This document shows, one piece after another, positions 11,901-19,602 of a DNA stretch of 64,000 nucleotides. Made by a program: the position numbers and the translations under genes. Numbering within the stretch: the stretch's first letter is position 1; each line of letters starts with the position of its first letter. Origin of the DNA: a bacterium (GTDB taxonomy: Bacteria; Electryoneota; Electryoneia; Electryoneales; Electryoneaceae); the NCBI GenBank assembly GCA_963675295.2, contig CAXXKJ010000002.1:2304001-2368000 (forward strand). The letters are read 5' to 3'. The notes under the pieces are model-generated. The model made no database searches. It saw only the letters and a list, made by a program, of their open reading frames with translations, and was not told the DNA's origin.

Positions 11901-12717
11901 TACGGATGACTACCGTCTCAGTTCCGGTGTGGACTGGACGACCCGGTTGAGCACGAGCATCGATTACAACATCAAGTTCTCACAATCCTCCGGGAACAAG
12001 GTTTCAGGCCAGACGACGCGTTCAGCGTTCTATTTGTTCAACAAGGACGATGAGTCGTTGACGGCGCTGGACATTCCGAACTACACGGTGCGTTGGTCGG
12101 GACTCGAGCAGTTCGGACCGTTGAAGAACATCGCGCAGACGATTTCCTTCGATCACAGCTACCGTGGTGAAACCAGCGAAAGCTGGGAACGGGTGGTGCA
12201 GCCGGACAGCCTGGGCGGAATCCGGCGGCAGGTGCAGTCGCGTTCGTTCAGCCGGCAGTTCAGCCCGCTGGCAGGGTTCAATATCACATGGATGCACAGT
12301 ATCAGCACCACCGCACGCTACAACTGGTCGCAGCGTTACAACGTGACGGCCAGCAACAACACGAAGACGCGTAACACCGAACAGAGCATCACATTGTCGG
12401 TGAACTACACGCGCAAGACCGGGTTCCGGATTCCGATTCCGGTGTGGCCGTTCAAGAACAAGCGTTTCGACAACGAAACCACGTTCGCGTTGAGCTTTGA
12501 CAGGACCGCGAGCCGCAACGAAACGCAGCGTGAGGGGTCCGGGTTCGAGATGACGGACGAGCGGTTGAGCTGGTCGGTGGGGCCGAATGTGAACTATCGT
12601 TTCTCGCGGAATGTCAGCGGCAGTGTCCGGTACAAGTACGGTGTGACGGAAACGGTGACGAACACGACGAAGTTCCAGGAATTCGGTATCAACGTCCAGA
12701 TCAACATTCGTGGGTAG
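5953..12717 (+). CDS. sprA: T9SS outer-membrane translocon SprA/Sov
   Basis: 2254 aa; GKVGDKVSVEIDQDSER, FEFENNVKLEYTGYEDEIIQSIEAGNVSL, WNLEWKHVY, GVAYIDDFEAS, VWVDELRLS; beta-strand-rich C-terminus. Confidence 0.93.
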   Translation: MSLTRCRRGQRRVNSVVFSALALFLLSLLPLNASAFNRAGLSPSVPGWFDPDEDLRAPKPYQAFGVDSLAGFNVEGILFRVETELDSARGYYISTRELFGREYGRPIVESRETYREDRFKRDRVKYLKDDFLERIKRPSANAGEDAIEIQVPFKIQNKTFRRIFGGDRVGLRVSGKITVDGGLRRETSDQVVTTQTDQANYNFKIDQTQQFRIVGKVGDKVSVEIDQDSERVFEFENNVKLEYTGYEDEIIQSIEAGNVSLTLPGTQLATLTAKNEGLFGFKTVSKVGALSITTIASLQNGEKNKLSYTGGSESQTKRVNDVDYVTNQYFFLDPVYRETFPTFTLDYVRQAQQAEISNLEVYRSVVAGAGDVSTLLEGIAIYDESIANKVPDVSGLTVQELSDFVDSLSADTELQSADWVERGFFKKLEEGTDYEYHKDFGYIRLRYAAQGNEVIGVSYTVNGQHVGVNNVNFPGGNKTVLKLIKPTSPKPSNPTWNLEWKHVYWVGTTNLKEGDFDFRILRNNTEQSQTNAQNKSWLEVFGLDVFNSDGAKTPDGIIDAQWVRLGDGEIHFPDLRPFDPAGYVVGSDSVFIDLSEELRNPNIYDVLPNSGVTIEKKFVLESEYSNTSANINLGINVLEGSEEVFLNGALLKKDQDYIIDYLSGQITILNEAAFDPNANLEIKYESGEVFQLDQRTMLGIRLEYALWEDSFIGLTLLNFNEKPIEKRVKVGNEPLQNFIWDANTRLRFHPYFMTQMVNAIPLISTDEPSEVVFEGEIAQVFPNPNSLNNGSTGDNDGVAYIDDFEASQRATPLGVRRKNWYAASHPVRLPFWNQKMTANDNNDFRMRLYWWNPYKQIPITDIWPNREVNSNVPNNTDVLSMRFDPEVNNLRRADVDPEDTWNGVMRSLSAGFHNQSNTKFIEVWMQWNGQGGPNAAIYFDMGQISEDVIPNGQLDSEDEPLYSDSNIGNKILDDGEDIGIDGIDDDDPPWRNGSETSGEPWTVENENYDYDSPQYDWWDINGNGVHDAGDGSLSNPPEPFSSDDWSFSASSPNDVDQINGTENNQDDEARYPDTEDLDGDLNLNQANNFFRYQFRLNDPEHFTKYVRGGQSNPKKWYLVRIPIEDVFDEVNEPDLTQIEFFRVWATGLSSPASVQIAQIELVGNEWLEDPIVNPVTGDTTVYVTATTINTYDNSEDYNPPPGVAGEIDPITDIRSKEQSLVMSLRDIPTAVEGQLIKYLYNEQDLREYRLLKMFVNGGGRNQQALENKDLEFFLRFGSGLEGSNLGYYEYSLPLKPGWDENSIEINLDRLTSLKKKAEESGEDFAYETLANGHTMKVIGTPSIGSVNLYAVGVRNNGRPVSSDEGIEVWVDELRLSGVRKERGMAMRSSLDMSFADFFDLQTNIKQSDAEFHQVDQRSGSDQSSIDASVSGSLQLDKFLDPSLGVRLPLRGSVSSKLDIPKYTSGNGDVRTESLVDQGELNVWKRYGDMALSKEHYNDKYLRDESGGVVVDETTGIPLQDRSAWGVDTLFTTSQNYSWSLNYSKSGQSSHWLPKYTIDKLSSSYSRSEKYSSSLSYQYQKTFTNNGSVSYSLPLERQELNVFGWTERIPVLETLADSKLNYLPTRLNGGVDASETIKSQKYRNALERPSYTLGMTRDWGTSFSPFRPLSFDYDYSIQSQHVRQDSSRQQILYDDQPDSVRQRVFDPGTTDLTMVEELISQLQEVTFGQDGQDIANQAQTKLNNGEPPADILEFIYSEARIRLPGDLASYLKQPWDRIPSDDPRYSETFWSALNLPFADTQKTQNVRFNYSPSIVSWLTTSMDYSSRYTWSWSGFKYTGRSIQTSNNLGGSMSFRLRQILPAERGEGSVQDQQERDFARLLGREEETEGEEGGEEGDEEEQGPSDEERLRANQQAILRAINPVNLGLGFLRRLQDIRVNYNQSTSFNTPGVEDGTPSWEYRLGFTGDSGLNQVPNISSVTTANRTDDYRLSSGVDWTTRLSTSIDYNIKFSQSSGNKVSGQTTRSAFYLFNKDDESLTALDIPNYTVRWSGLEQFGPLKNIAQTISFDHSYRGETSESWERVVQPDSLGGIRRQVQSRSFSRQFSPLAGFNITWMHSISTTARYNWSQRYNVTASNNTKTRNTEQSITLSVNYTRKTGFRIPIPVWPFKNKRFDNETTFALSFDRTASRNETQREGSGFEMTDERLSWSVGPNVNYRFSRNVSGSVRYKYGVTETVTNTTKFQEFGINVQINIRG

Positions 12718-13052
12718 TTGATTCCGTGAAAGTTAGCTGATATTGCTGTAACCTCACTGGGAGGCCGCGGAAAAGAGGACTGCCTTTTTTCCCAGACTGC
12801 TTCTCGCTACTTTGCATTGCTCACCTGCGCGGATTGGTTGCCACACTGGTAGTGATGGCGGAAACACGTTGGACACGGTGATGGCGTGACACCGGGAAAT
12901 GGTTCCCGTGTCCGTGGATGGATGATCGCGCCCGGTCGAGTCTGTCACGCAAGTCGTGTATTCATTTTGGTTTGCAGCTGCATTCGGGTTATTCAGACGG
13001 ATGCGCTTGACGGTAGTTTTACCGTCGCATAAGGTGTCATGAAAGGCCGTAT

Positions 13053-14885
13053 ATGTGCGGAATTATTGGATACGTCGGTCAACGACCGGCTACACCGTTG
13101 TTGCTGGACGGGTTGAAACGTCTCGAATACCGGGGGTATGACTCCTCGGGCATTGCGTTGATGCAGGACGATGGGATCAACGTGATGAAGAAGCAGGGAC
13201 GGATCAGCGCGTTGGAAGGGATGTTGAACGGTCACATCGCCGATTCCAAGGCGACCGTCGGCATCGGGCATACGCGTTGGGCGACGCATGGCGTGCCCAA
13301 CGATCTCAACGCTCACCCGCATTATTCGATGGGTGGCGATCTGGTTTTGATTCACAACGGCATCATCGAGAATTTCAGCGAACTGAAGGAATACCTCAGC
13401 AATACGGGCTACACGTTTACCAGCGACACCGACACGGAAGTGCTCGCCAACCTGATCCTCGACTTTTACGAGGGCGATCTGCTCAAGGCGGTGGTGCGTG
13501 CGTTGCATCGTATCGCGGGCACGTACGGCATCGTGGTGATGCACAAGGATCACCCGCGTAGCATGGTTGTCGCACGCAAGGGCAGTCCGCTGGTGGTGGG
13601 TGTGGGTGAGGATGAGTATTTCGTCGCGTCGGATCTCGCGGCGATGGTGGAACACACCCGGGACGTCATCTTCCTCAACGACAATGAAGTCGGCATCATC
13701 GAGGACAGCGGCTTCCGTCACTTCAACCTCGACCAATCCCCGATCCAGCGTCAGATCACGCACATCGACTTCACGCTCGAGCAGATCGAAAAGGGCGGCT
13801 ACCGTCACTTCATGCTGAAGGAAATCATGGAGCAGCCGCAGACGCTCGAGGATACGATGCGCGGGCGGTTGCTGCCGGATGGTGGCATCAAGCTGGGTGG
13901 GCTGAACCAGCATCTGGACGAACTGGCGAATGCCGACCGGATCCTGCTGCTCGCGTGCGGAACGTCCTACCACGCCGGGCTTGTCGGCGAATACCTGATC
14001 GAGGAACTGGCTCGGATTCCGGTGGAAGTGGAATATGCGTCCGAGTTTCGCTACCGGAACCCGTTGATTCCGCCGAACACGGTGGCGTTCGCGATCAGCC
14101 AGTCCGGTGAGACGATTGATACGCTGGAAGCATTGCGTGAGGCGAAATCGCGCGGTGCGTTGGGGCTGGGGATTGTCAACAGTGTCGGGTCCACGATTGC
14201 GCGTGAGAGTGTCGGCGGGGTGTACCTGCACGCCGGCCCGGAGATCGGGGTGGCGTCCACGAAGGCGTTCACGTCACAGGTCACGGTACTCACTCTGATT
14301 GCGTTGCTGTTGCGGCAGCAACGGATGGGGCTGGATGAGACCAGCCAGGAAATCACGGATGCGTTGCGGCGGATTCCGGATCAGGTGAGCCGGATTCTCG
14401 AGGATCATTCGCAGATCATCGACATCGCGAAGATGTTCAGCCGGGCGAGCAATTTCCTCTATCTCGGGCGCGGCACGCAGTATCCGGTCGCGCTGGAAGG
14501 CGCGTTGAAGCTGAAGGAAATCAGCTACATCCACGCCGAAGGGTATCCGGCGGCGGAGATGAAGCATGGGCCGATCGCGTTGATTGACCGCATGATGCCG
14601 GTGGTGGTGCTGGCGGCACAGAGCGGCGCGGAGAGTGCGAAGATCATCTCGAACACGCAGGAAGTGCGCGCGCGTGACGGAGTTGTCATCGCGGTAGTCA
14701 CCGAGGACGATCACCAGATGGACAACCTCGCGAACCACATCATCCGGATTCCGAAGACGTTGAACCTGCTGGTGCCGTTGCTGGCGGTGCTGCCGATGCA
14801 GCTGCTGTCGTATTATGTCGCCGACCTACTCGGGCTCGACATGGACAAGCCGCGGAATCTGGCGAAAGCGGTGACAGTTGAATGA
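13053..14885 (+). CDS. glmS: Glutamine-fructose-6-phosphate transaminase
   Basis: MCGIIG (catalytic Cys), GHTRWATHG, SQSGET, EMKHGP, PRNLAKAVTVE. Confidence 0.99.
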   Translation: MCGIIGYVGQRPATPLLLDGLKRLEYRGYDSSGIALMQDDGINVMKKQGRISALEGMLNGHIADSKATVGIGHTRWATHGVPNDLNAHPHYSMGGDLVLIHNGIIENFSELKEYLSNTGYTFTSDTDTEVLANLILDFYEGDLLKAVVRALHRIAGTYGIVVMHKDHPRSMVVARKGSPLVVGVGEDEYFVASDLAAMVEHTRDVIFLNDNEVGIIEDSGFRHFNLDQSPIQRQITHIDFTLEQIEKGGYRHFMLKEIMEQPQTLEDTMRGRLLPDGGIKLGGLNQHLDELANADRILLLACGTSYHAGLVGEYLIEELARIPVEVEYASEFRYRNPLIPPNTVAFAISQSGETIDTLEALREAKSRGALGLGIVNSVGSTIARESVGGVYLHAGPEIGVASTKAFTSQVTVLTLIALLLRQQRMGLDETSQEITDALRRIPDQVSRILEDHSQIIDIAKMFSRASNFLYLGRGTQYPVALEGALKLKEISYIHAEGYPAAEMKHGPIALIDRMMPVVVLAAQSGAESAKIISNTQEVRARDGVVIAVVTEDDHQMDNLANHIIRIPKTLNLLVPLLAVLPMQLLSYYVADLLGLDMDKPRNLAKAVTVE

Positions 14886-14886
14886 A

Positions 14887-15018
14887 CCGGTTGTCGGTTC
14901 TCGGTAGTCGGTAAGCGGTAAAACAATACTGCAAACCGTTTTACGGGAGCCGTGAAAGTGGCGAAGAGATCTGTGTGAGCAGTTACCGACAACCGATCAC
15001 CGAATACCATGTACCAAT
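14887..15018. repeat. Inverted repeat built from 7-bp periodic units
   Basis: Left arm ccggttg tcggttc tcggtag tcggtaa gcggtaa (14887-14921); right arm taccgac aaccgat caccgaa taccatg taccaat (14984-15018). Confidence 0.75.
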
Positions 15019-15074
15019 TTCCAGCAGGCCCCCATGCGGCGCCTGCTGTTTGTTTATCCGGGGGGAAACACAAG

Positions 15075-15788
15075 ATGAAGACCATTGGTTTGATCGGCGG
15101 GATGAGCTGGGAGAGTACGCAAACGTATTACAAGCTGATCAATGAAGGTGTGCGGGATCGGCTCGGCGGCCTGCATTCGGCGAAGATTCACATGGTCAGC
15201 GTCGATTTCGACGAGATCGCGCAGCAGCAATACTCGGGGCGCTGGGATGATATGGGTATGACGCTCGGTGACGCAGCGAAAACGCTCGAGGATTCCGGCG
15301 CGGATGTGGTGCTAATCTGCACGAACACGATGCACAAGGTGTACGACGCGGTGCAGGCGCGTGTCAGTGTGCCGATGCTGCATATCGCGGATGCGACTGG
15401 TGACGCGATCAAAGCGGCGGGGGTGAGGTCGGTGATCCTGCTCGGCACACGGTACACGATGGAGATGGAGTTTTACAAGGATCGGTTGGCGGAGAAATAC
15501 GGGCTGACGGTTCTGACGCCGAAAAAAGAGGACCGTGACGAGGTGCATCGGATCATCTACGACGAACTGGTGCAGGGGAAGGTGCTGGATGCGTCGCGGG
15601 AACGGATGCTCGGAATCATTGGTGGGTTGGTTGAGCAGGGCGGGAAAGGGGTGATTGCCGGTTGCACGGAAATCGGGCTCTTGTTACAGCAGGACCATCT
15701 CAGTGTGCCGCTGTTCGATACGGCAGTGATTCACGCGCAGGCGGCGGTGGGTTACAGTTTTCAGTTGTCAGTTGTCAGTGGTCAGTGA
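15075..15788 (+). CDS. Aspartate/glutamate racemase family protein (YgeA/RacX-like)
   Basis: MKTIGLIGGMSWEST; two catalytic Cys motifs ICTNTMH and AGCTEI. Confidence 0.93.
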   Translation: MKTIGLIGGMSWESTQTYYKLINEGVRDRLGGLHSAKIHMVSVDFDEIAQQQYSGRWDDMGMTLGDAAKTLEDSGADVVLICTNTMHKVYDAVQARVSVPMLHIADATGDAIKAAGVRSVILLGTRYTMEMEFYKDRLAEKYGLTVLTPKKEDRDEVHRIIYDELVQGKVLDASRERMLGIIGGLVEQGGKGVIAGCTEIGLLLQQDHLSVPLFDTAVIHAQAAVGYSFQLSVVSGQ

Positions 15789-16025
15789 AGGTCAACAGAT
15801 CCCGGACTGAAGTCCGAGGGCGTGATGGCTGAAGGTGCTTGGACGGCAGCGAATCCCGGACTGAAGTCCGAGGGCATGGAGAGTGGTAAGTGCTTGGGCT
15901 GCGGAGAATCGCGGACTGAAGTCCGAGGGCAGAGCAACACGCCCGCGTCTGTAAACAGACACGGGCACTTATCTTCAATCGACCTTCGACTACTGATCAC
16001 TGAGCACTGGTCACTGAGCACTGTC
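15754..16025. repeat. Composite element: heptamer inverted arms enclosing three REP-like units and a further hairpin
   Basis: (tcagtNN)x5 at 15754-15788 and (cactgNN)x5 at 15991-16025 flank ATCCCGGACTGAAGTCCGAGGGC at 15799, 15853 and 15908, plus hairpin gcccgcgtctgtaaacagacacgggc at 15941. Confidence 0.85.
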
Positions 16026-16026
16026 C

Positions 16027-17949
16027 TTAACTCACGCGTAAACCCGGCGATACCTGGTCGTTCGGGGTTAATAGACGCAGGTTGTCGCCGTCACGGACGG
16101 CCAGCAGCATCCCCTGGCTCTTGACACCACGGATCTTTGCCGGCTGCAGGTTAGCAACGACGATGATGGTCTTGCCGACGATCTGCTCCGGGGTGTAATG
16201 CTGCTTGATGCCGGCGACGAGCTGTCGTTTCTCGGTACCGAGGTCGATCTGCAGTTGCATCAGCTTATCGGTGTCCTCGATCGGTTCGGCAGCAAGAACC
16301 ACGGCGGTGCGCAGATCCACCCGCTTGAACTCGTCGAAGCTGATCAAGCCGTCATCCGCTTTTGGCGCGGGTTTCGGCTGTTTTTTCTGCTTCGATTCCG
16401 ATTTTGGCTTCGGGGCTTCGTCCTGCGCTCCCGGCTTCTTGTGTCGCGGGAAGAGCGGGTCGCCGTATTTGGCGGTCCGTCCAGCCAGTTTTTCGCCCCA
16501 CTCAACATCATCCCAGTTCCGATGCGGATCGGCTTCGACGCCAAGGCGCTCGAACACTTCCGGGATCATCACCGGCATCACCGGCGCGAGCAGGATCGCG
16601 GCGATGCGCAGCCCTTCGGCGGCACGAGCGAGGTCGCGTCCGGCCTGTTCCTTGTCGGTCTTGATCGTGGTCCACGGCGCGGCTTCGGTGATGTCGCGGT
16701 TGATCGCACGGACGAATTGCAGCGTTTCCTCGATCGCGGCGTGGATCTGGATGTCTTCGACCAGCTGTTTGACCTTGTGCGTCGTCGCCTTGGACAATTC
16801 GACCAGCGGATCTTCCTCGTCCCACTGCACGTCCGGCACGACGCCGTCGAAGTGCTGGTCGAGCAATTTTGTGACACGGTTCAGCAGGTTGCCGAGATCA
16901 TTGGCGAGGTCGCTGTTGAGGCGCTTGACGACGTTTTCCTCGCTGAAGTTGGCGTCCTGCCCGACGACCATGTCGCGCATCAGGAAGTAGCGGAACGAAT
17001 CCATGCCGTAGATGTCGGCGAGGTCGAGCGGCTTGACCACGTTCCCGGATGATTTGGACATCTTGGCGGCGTCCTTCGCCAGCCACCAGCCGTGCGCGAG
17101 GATGTGTTGCGGCGGTTCGAGTCCAGCGGCTTTCAGCATCGTCGGCCAATAGACGGAATGCGTGGTCAGGATGTCCTTGCCGATCAGGTGATACTGGGCT
17201 GGCCACGCGGGGCTTTTGCCGTCGGGCGGCGCAAGGGTCGCGGAGTAATAGTTCAGCAAAGCGTCGAACCAGACGTAGGTGACGTAGTCACTGTCCCACG
17301 GGATCTCGATTCCCCAACTCAAACGGCTTTTCGGACGGCTGATGCAGAGGTCGCCGAGCGGTTCGCGGAGGAAACCGAGGACTTCGTTGCGACGGAAGCC
17401 CGGAACGATCGAGTCCGGGTTCTTCTCATAATGCTCGATCAGCCAGTCCTGGTACTTGGACATCTTGAAGAAGTAGTTGGTCTCCTTGATCAGCTCGACC
17501 GGACGACCGCTGATGGGATCTTTTCCATCCACGAGATCCTTCTCGGTGAAGAACTGTTCTTCGAAGACGCTGTACCAGCCTTCGTAGTCTTTCTTGTAGA
17601 TGTCGCCGGCGTCGTAAATCTGCTGCAGGATCTGCTGCACGATTTTCGTGTGGCGCGGTTCGGTGGTGCGGATGAAATCGTCATATTCGATGCCGAGCTT
17701 GGCCCACACCTTGACGAACTTCTGCGATGTGATGTCGCAGTGTTCCTGCGGGGTGCGTCCCAGCTTCTCAGCCGCGGTGGCGACTTTCTGGCCGTGTTCA
17801 TCGGTGCCGGTCAACAGGTGGACATCATCACCGAAGAGCCGGTGATAGCGGGCGAGGGTGTCCGCGAGCACTGTTGTGTAGGCGTGCCCAATGTGCGGTT
17901 CGTCGTTGACGTAGTACAGCGGCGTGGTAATGTAAAAGGGCTTGCTCAT
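16027..17949 (-). CDS. metG: Methionine-tRNA ligase with C-terminal tRNA-binding domain
   Basis: FYITTPLYYVNDEPHIGH, KMSKS, YVWFDALLNY; C-terminal ISFDEFKRVDLR...VANLQPAKIRG. Confidence 0.99.
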   Translation of the reverse strand: MSKPFYITTPLYYVNDEPHIGHAYTTVLADTLARYHRLFGDDVHLLTGTDEHGQKVATAAEKLGRTPQEHCDITSQKFVKVWAKLGIEYDDFIRTTEPRHTKIVQQILQQIYDAGDIYKKDYEGWYSVFEEQFFTEKDLVDGKDPISGRPVELIKETNYFFKMSKYQDWLIEHYEKNPDSIVPGFRRNEVLGFLREPLGDLCISRPKSRLSWGIEIPWDSDYVTYVWFDALLNYYSATLAPPDGKSPAWPAQYHLIGKDILTTHSVYWPTMLKAAGLEPPQHILAHGWWLAKDAAKMSKSSGNVVKPLDLADIYGMDSFRYFLMRDMVVGQDANFSEENVVKRLNSDLANDLGNLLNRVTKLLDQHFDGVVPDVQWDEEDPLVELSKATTHKVKQLVEDIQIHAAIEETLQFVRAINRDITEAAPWTTIKTDKEQAGRDLARAAEGLRIAAILLAPVMPVMIPEVFERLGVEADPHRNWDDVEWGEKLAGRTAKYGDPLFPRHKKPGAQDEAPKPKSESKQKKQPKPAPKADDGLISFDEFKRVDLRTAVVLAAEPIEDTDKLMQLQIDLGTEKRQLVAGIKQHYTPEQIVGKTIIVVANLQPAKIRGVKSQGMLLAVRDGDNLRLLTPNDQVSPGLRVS

Positions 17950-17958
17950 GGTTCGATC

Positions 17959-19560
17959 TTAGCGCTTTCGATTACGTCCTCGAGGTCGTGGCGGCCGGCC
18001 TTGCGGCTTGCCATCCGAAGGCTGGGAAGATGGGCCCTGCTTGCCGCCGTCGCCAGACGGCTGGCTCTGGCGAGACTCTTTGCCGCCCTGAGATCCGGAA
18101 GCGTTCGGGTTGCCGCCGGAACCCTTGTCATCGCCGCCTCCGCGATGGTTGCGTCCGCGTCCACCGCGCCGCCGCGAGGACTTGCCGTCACCCTTGTTCT
18201 GCTGGGAATCGTCGCCATCCTTGCGTTTGTCGCGTGGCTGGGCTTCGTGCTTCGGGGATCCGTCCGCGTTCTTGCCTCCCCGGCGTCCACGGGATTTAGA
18301 CCGTGACCGGCTCGGCTTATCGCTTTGCTTCTCGTCGCCGGACTTCGCGCCGTCGGCGGCCTGAGCCTTGTCGTTTGGCTTGTTGCCACGTCCCCGTCGT
18401 CGAGATCCACCACGGCGGGATTTGCGTTGCGGCTTTTTCTTGTCGTCGTCCGCGGACTCGCCGGCGGAGGACGGAGTTGCCGGAACAACCTGCACGATCT
18501 CCGGACGATCCTTGGTATTGGCGTGCTGCTGCTTCTGGCTTTTGTCCTTGCCGCAGGAGGGGCAGGCGCCGCCGTCTCCGCCGCCCTTCTTCGGCTTGGA
18601 GCGTACGGACACGCGCGGGTCGCCGTTCGGACGGTGATCGCCACGGGCGACCAGTTCGCCTTCCTGTTCTTCCTTGCGTTGCTCCTCGATCGAGGGATCT
18701 TTGCGGAAGGTCAGCAGTTTGGGCTTCTCAGTACTATCCGGGTCCCAGTCGGTGAATTCCTTGAGGTGTTCCATTCCATAGGAATACTTGGCGCCGTCTT
18801 CCCACTCGATGCCGATGTGTTCCCAGTTGTAACTGAACTTGTTGACCTTGCCGCGTCCGCGCGGGCCCTTGACCAGGGTGCCGATTTTCGGGAACAGCTT
18901 GTTCAGATCGCGGTACTGGTCGACTTCATAACGCAGGCAGCAGCGCAGTTTGCCGCAGGGGCCGGTGTTCTTCTGCGGATTCAGGATCATGTGCTGATCC
19001 TTCATCATCGAAGTGGTCACCGGTTTGAACTCACGAATCCATGACGAACAGCACAGTTCACGTCCACAGATACCAATACCGCCGAGCCGCTTGGACTCGT
19101 CCCGGGCGCCGATCTGACGCAGGTCGATGCGGGTGTGGAACTGTTGCGCGAGGGATTTGACCAGTTCGCGGAAATCGACGCGTCCGTCCGCCGTGAAATA
19201 AAACGTCAGCTTGCGGCGATCGAGCTGGCATTCGACTTCGACCAACTTCATCTCGAGGCCGATCCGCTTGACTTCGTCCCGGAAGAATTTGCGGGCTTCG
19301 ACTTCGTGCTCGGCGTTTTCCTGGAGTTTTTCCAGGTCGTCGGGGGTGGCGAGACGGAGGACGGACTCTGGATCGCGTCCCTCTTCGATGTTGTTGCGGT
19401 TGATCTCTTCGAAGCGATCATCGACGAGGTTGACGATCCCGAGGTCAATGCCCCGATCCGCCTGGACAATGACGGCGTCCTCGGGGACCAACGGGTACTG
19501 CTCGGGGTTGGCGTAGGTAACACGCCGGCGTCCCCGGAACTCTATTTCTACCAATCGCAT
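17959..19560 (-). CDS. ricT: PSP1/YaaT (RicT) family Fe-S protein with long Arg/Gly/Asp-rich tail
   Basis: FYFTADGRVDFRELVK, RQIGARDE, GIGICGRELCCS, GPCGKLRCCLRYE; holB-PSP1-metG order. Confidence 0.9.
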   Translation of the reverse strand: MRLVEIEFRGRRRVTYANPEQYPLVPEDAVIVQADRGIDLGIVNLVDDRFEEINRNNIEEGRDPESVLRLATPDDLEKLQENAEHEVEARKFFRDEVKRIGLEMKLVEVECQLDRRKLTFYFTADGRVDFRELVKSLAQQFHTRIDLRQIGARDESKRLGGIGICGRELCCSSWIREFKPVTTSMMKDQHMILNPQKNTGPCGKLRCCLRYEVDQYRDLNKLFPKIGTLVKGPRGRGKVNKFSYNWEHIGIEWEDGAKYSYGMEHLKEFTDWDPDSTEKPKLLTFRKDPSIEEQRKEEQEGELVARGDHRPNGDPRVSVRSKPKKGGGDGGACPSCGKDKSQKQQHANTKDRPEIVQVVPATPSSAGESADDDKKKPQRKSRRGGSRRRGRGNKPNDKAQAADGAKSGDEKQSDKPSRSRSKSRGRRGGKNADGSPKHEAQPRDKRKDGDDSQQNKGDGKSSRRRGGRGRNHRGGGDDKGSGGNPNASGSQGGKESRQSQPSGDGGKQGPSSQPSDGKPQGRPPRPRGRNRKR

Positions 19561-19602
19561 GAAACTGTATCCTTATCCACAATTACCCAGGCCGGACCCG
19601 TG

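Noticed and set aside
12718-13052. glmS ribozyme
   Set aside because: The conserved AGCGCC cleavage-site core and the downstream consensus are not present.
15799-15931. CRISPR-like array (23-bp palindromic repeats with 31-32-bp spacers; also 30368-30447)
   Set aside because: The spacers resemble each other (shared GCTTGG...GC core), there are only 2-3 units, the family is dispersed in the window and no cas genes are present. Better explained as tandem REP-like units.
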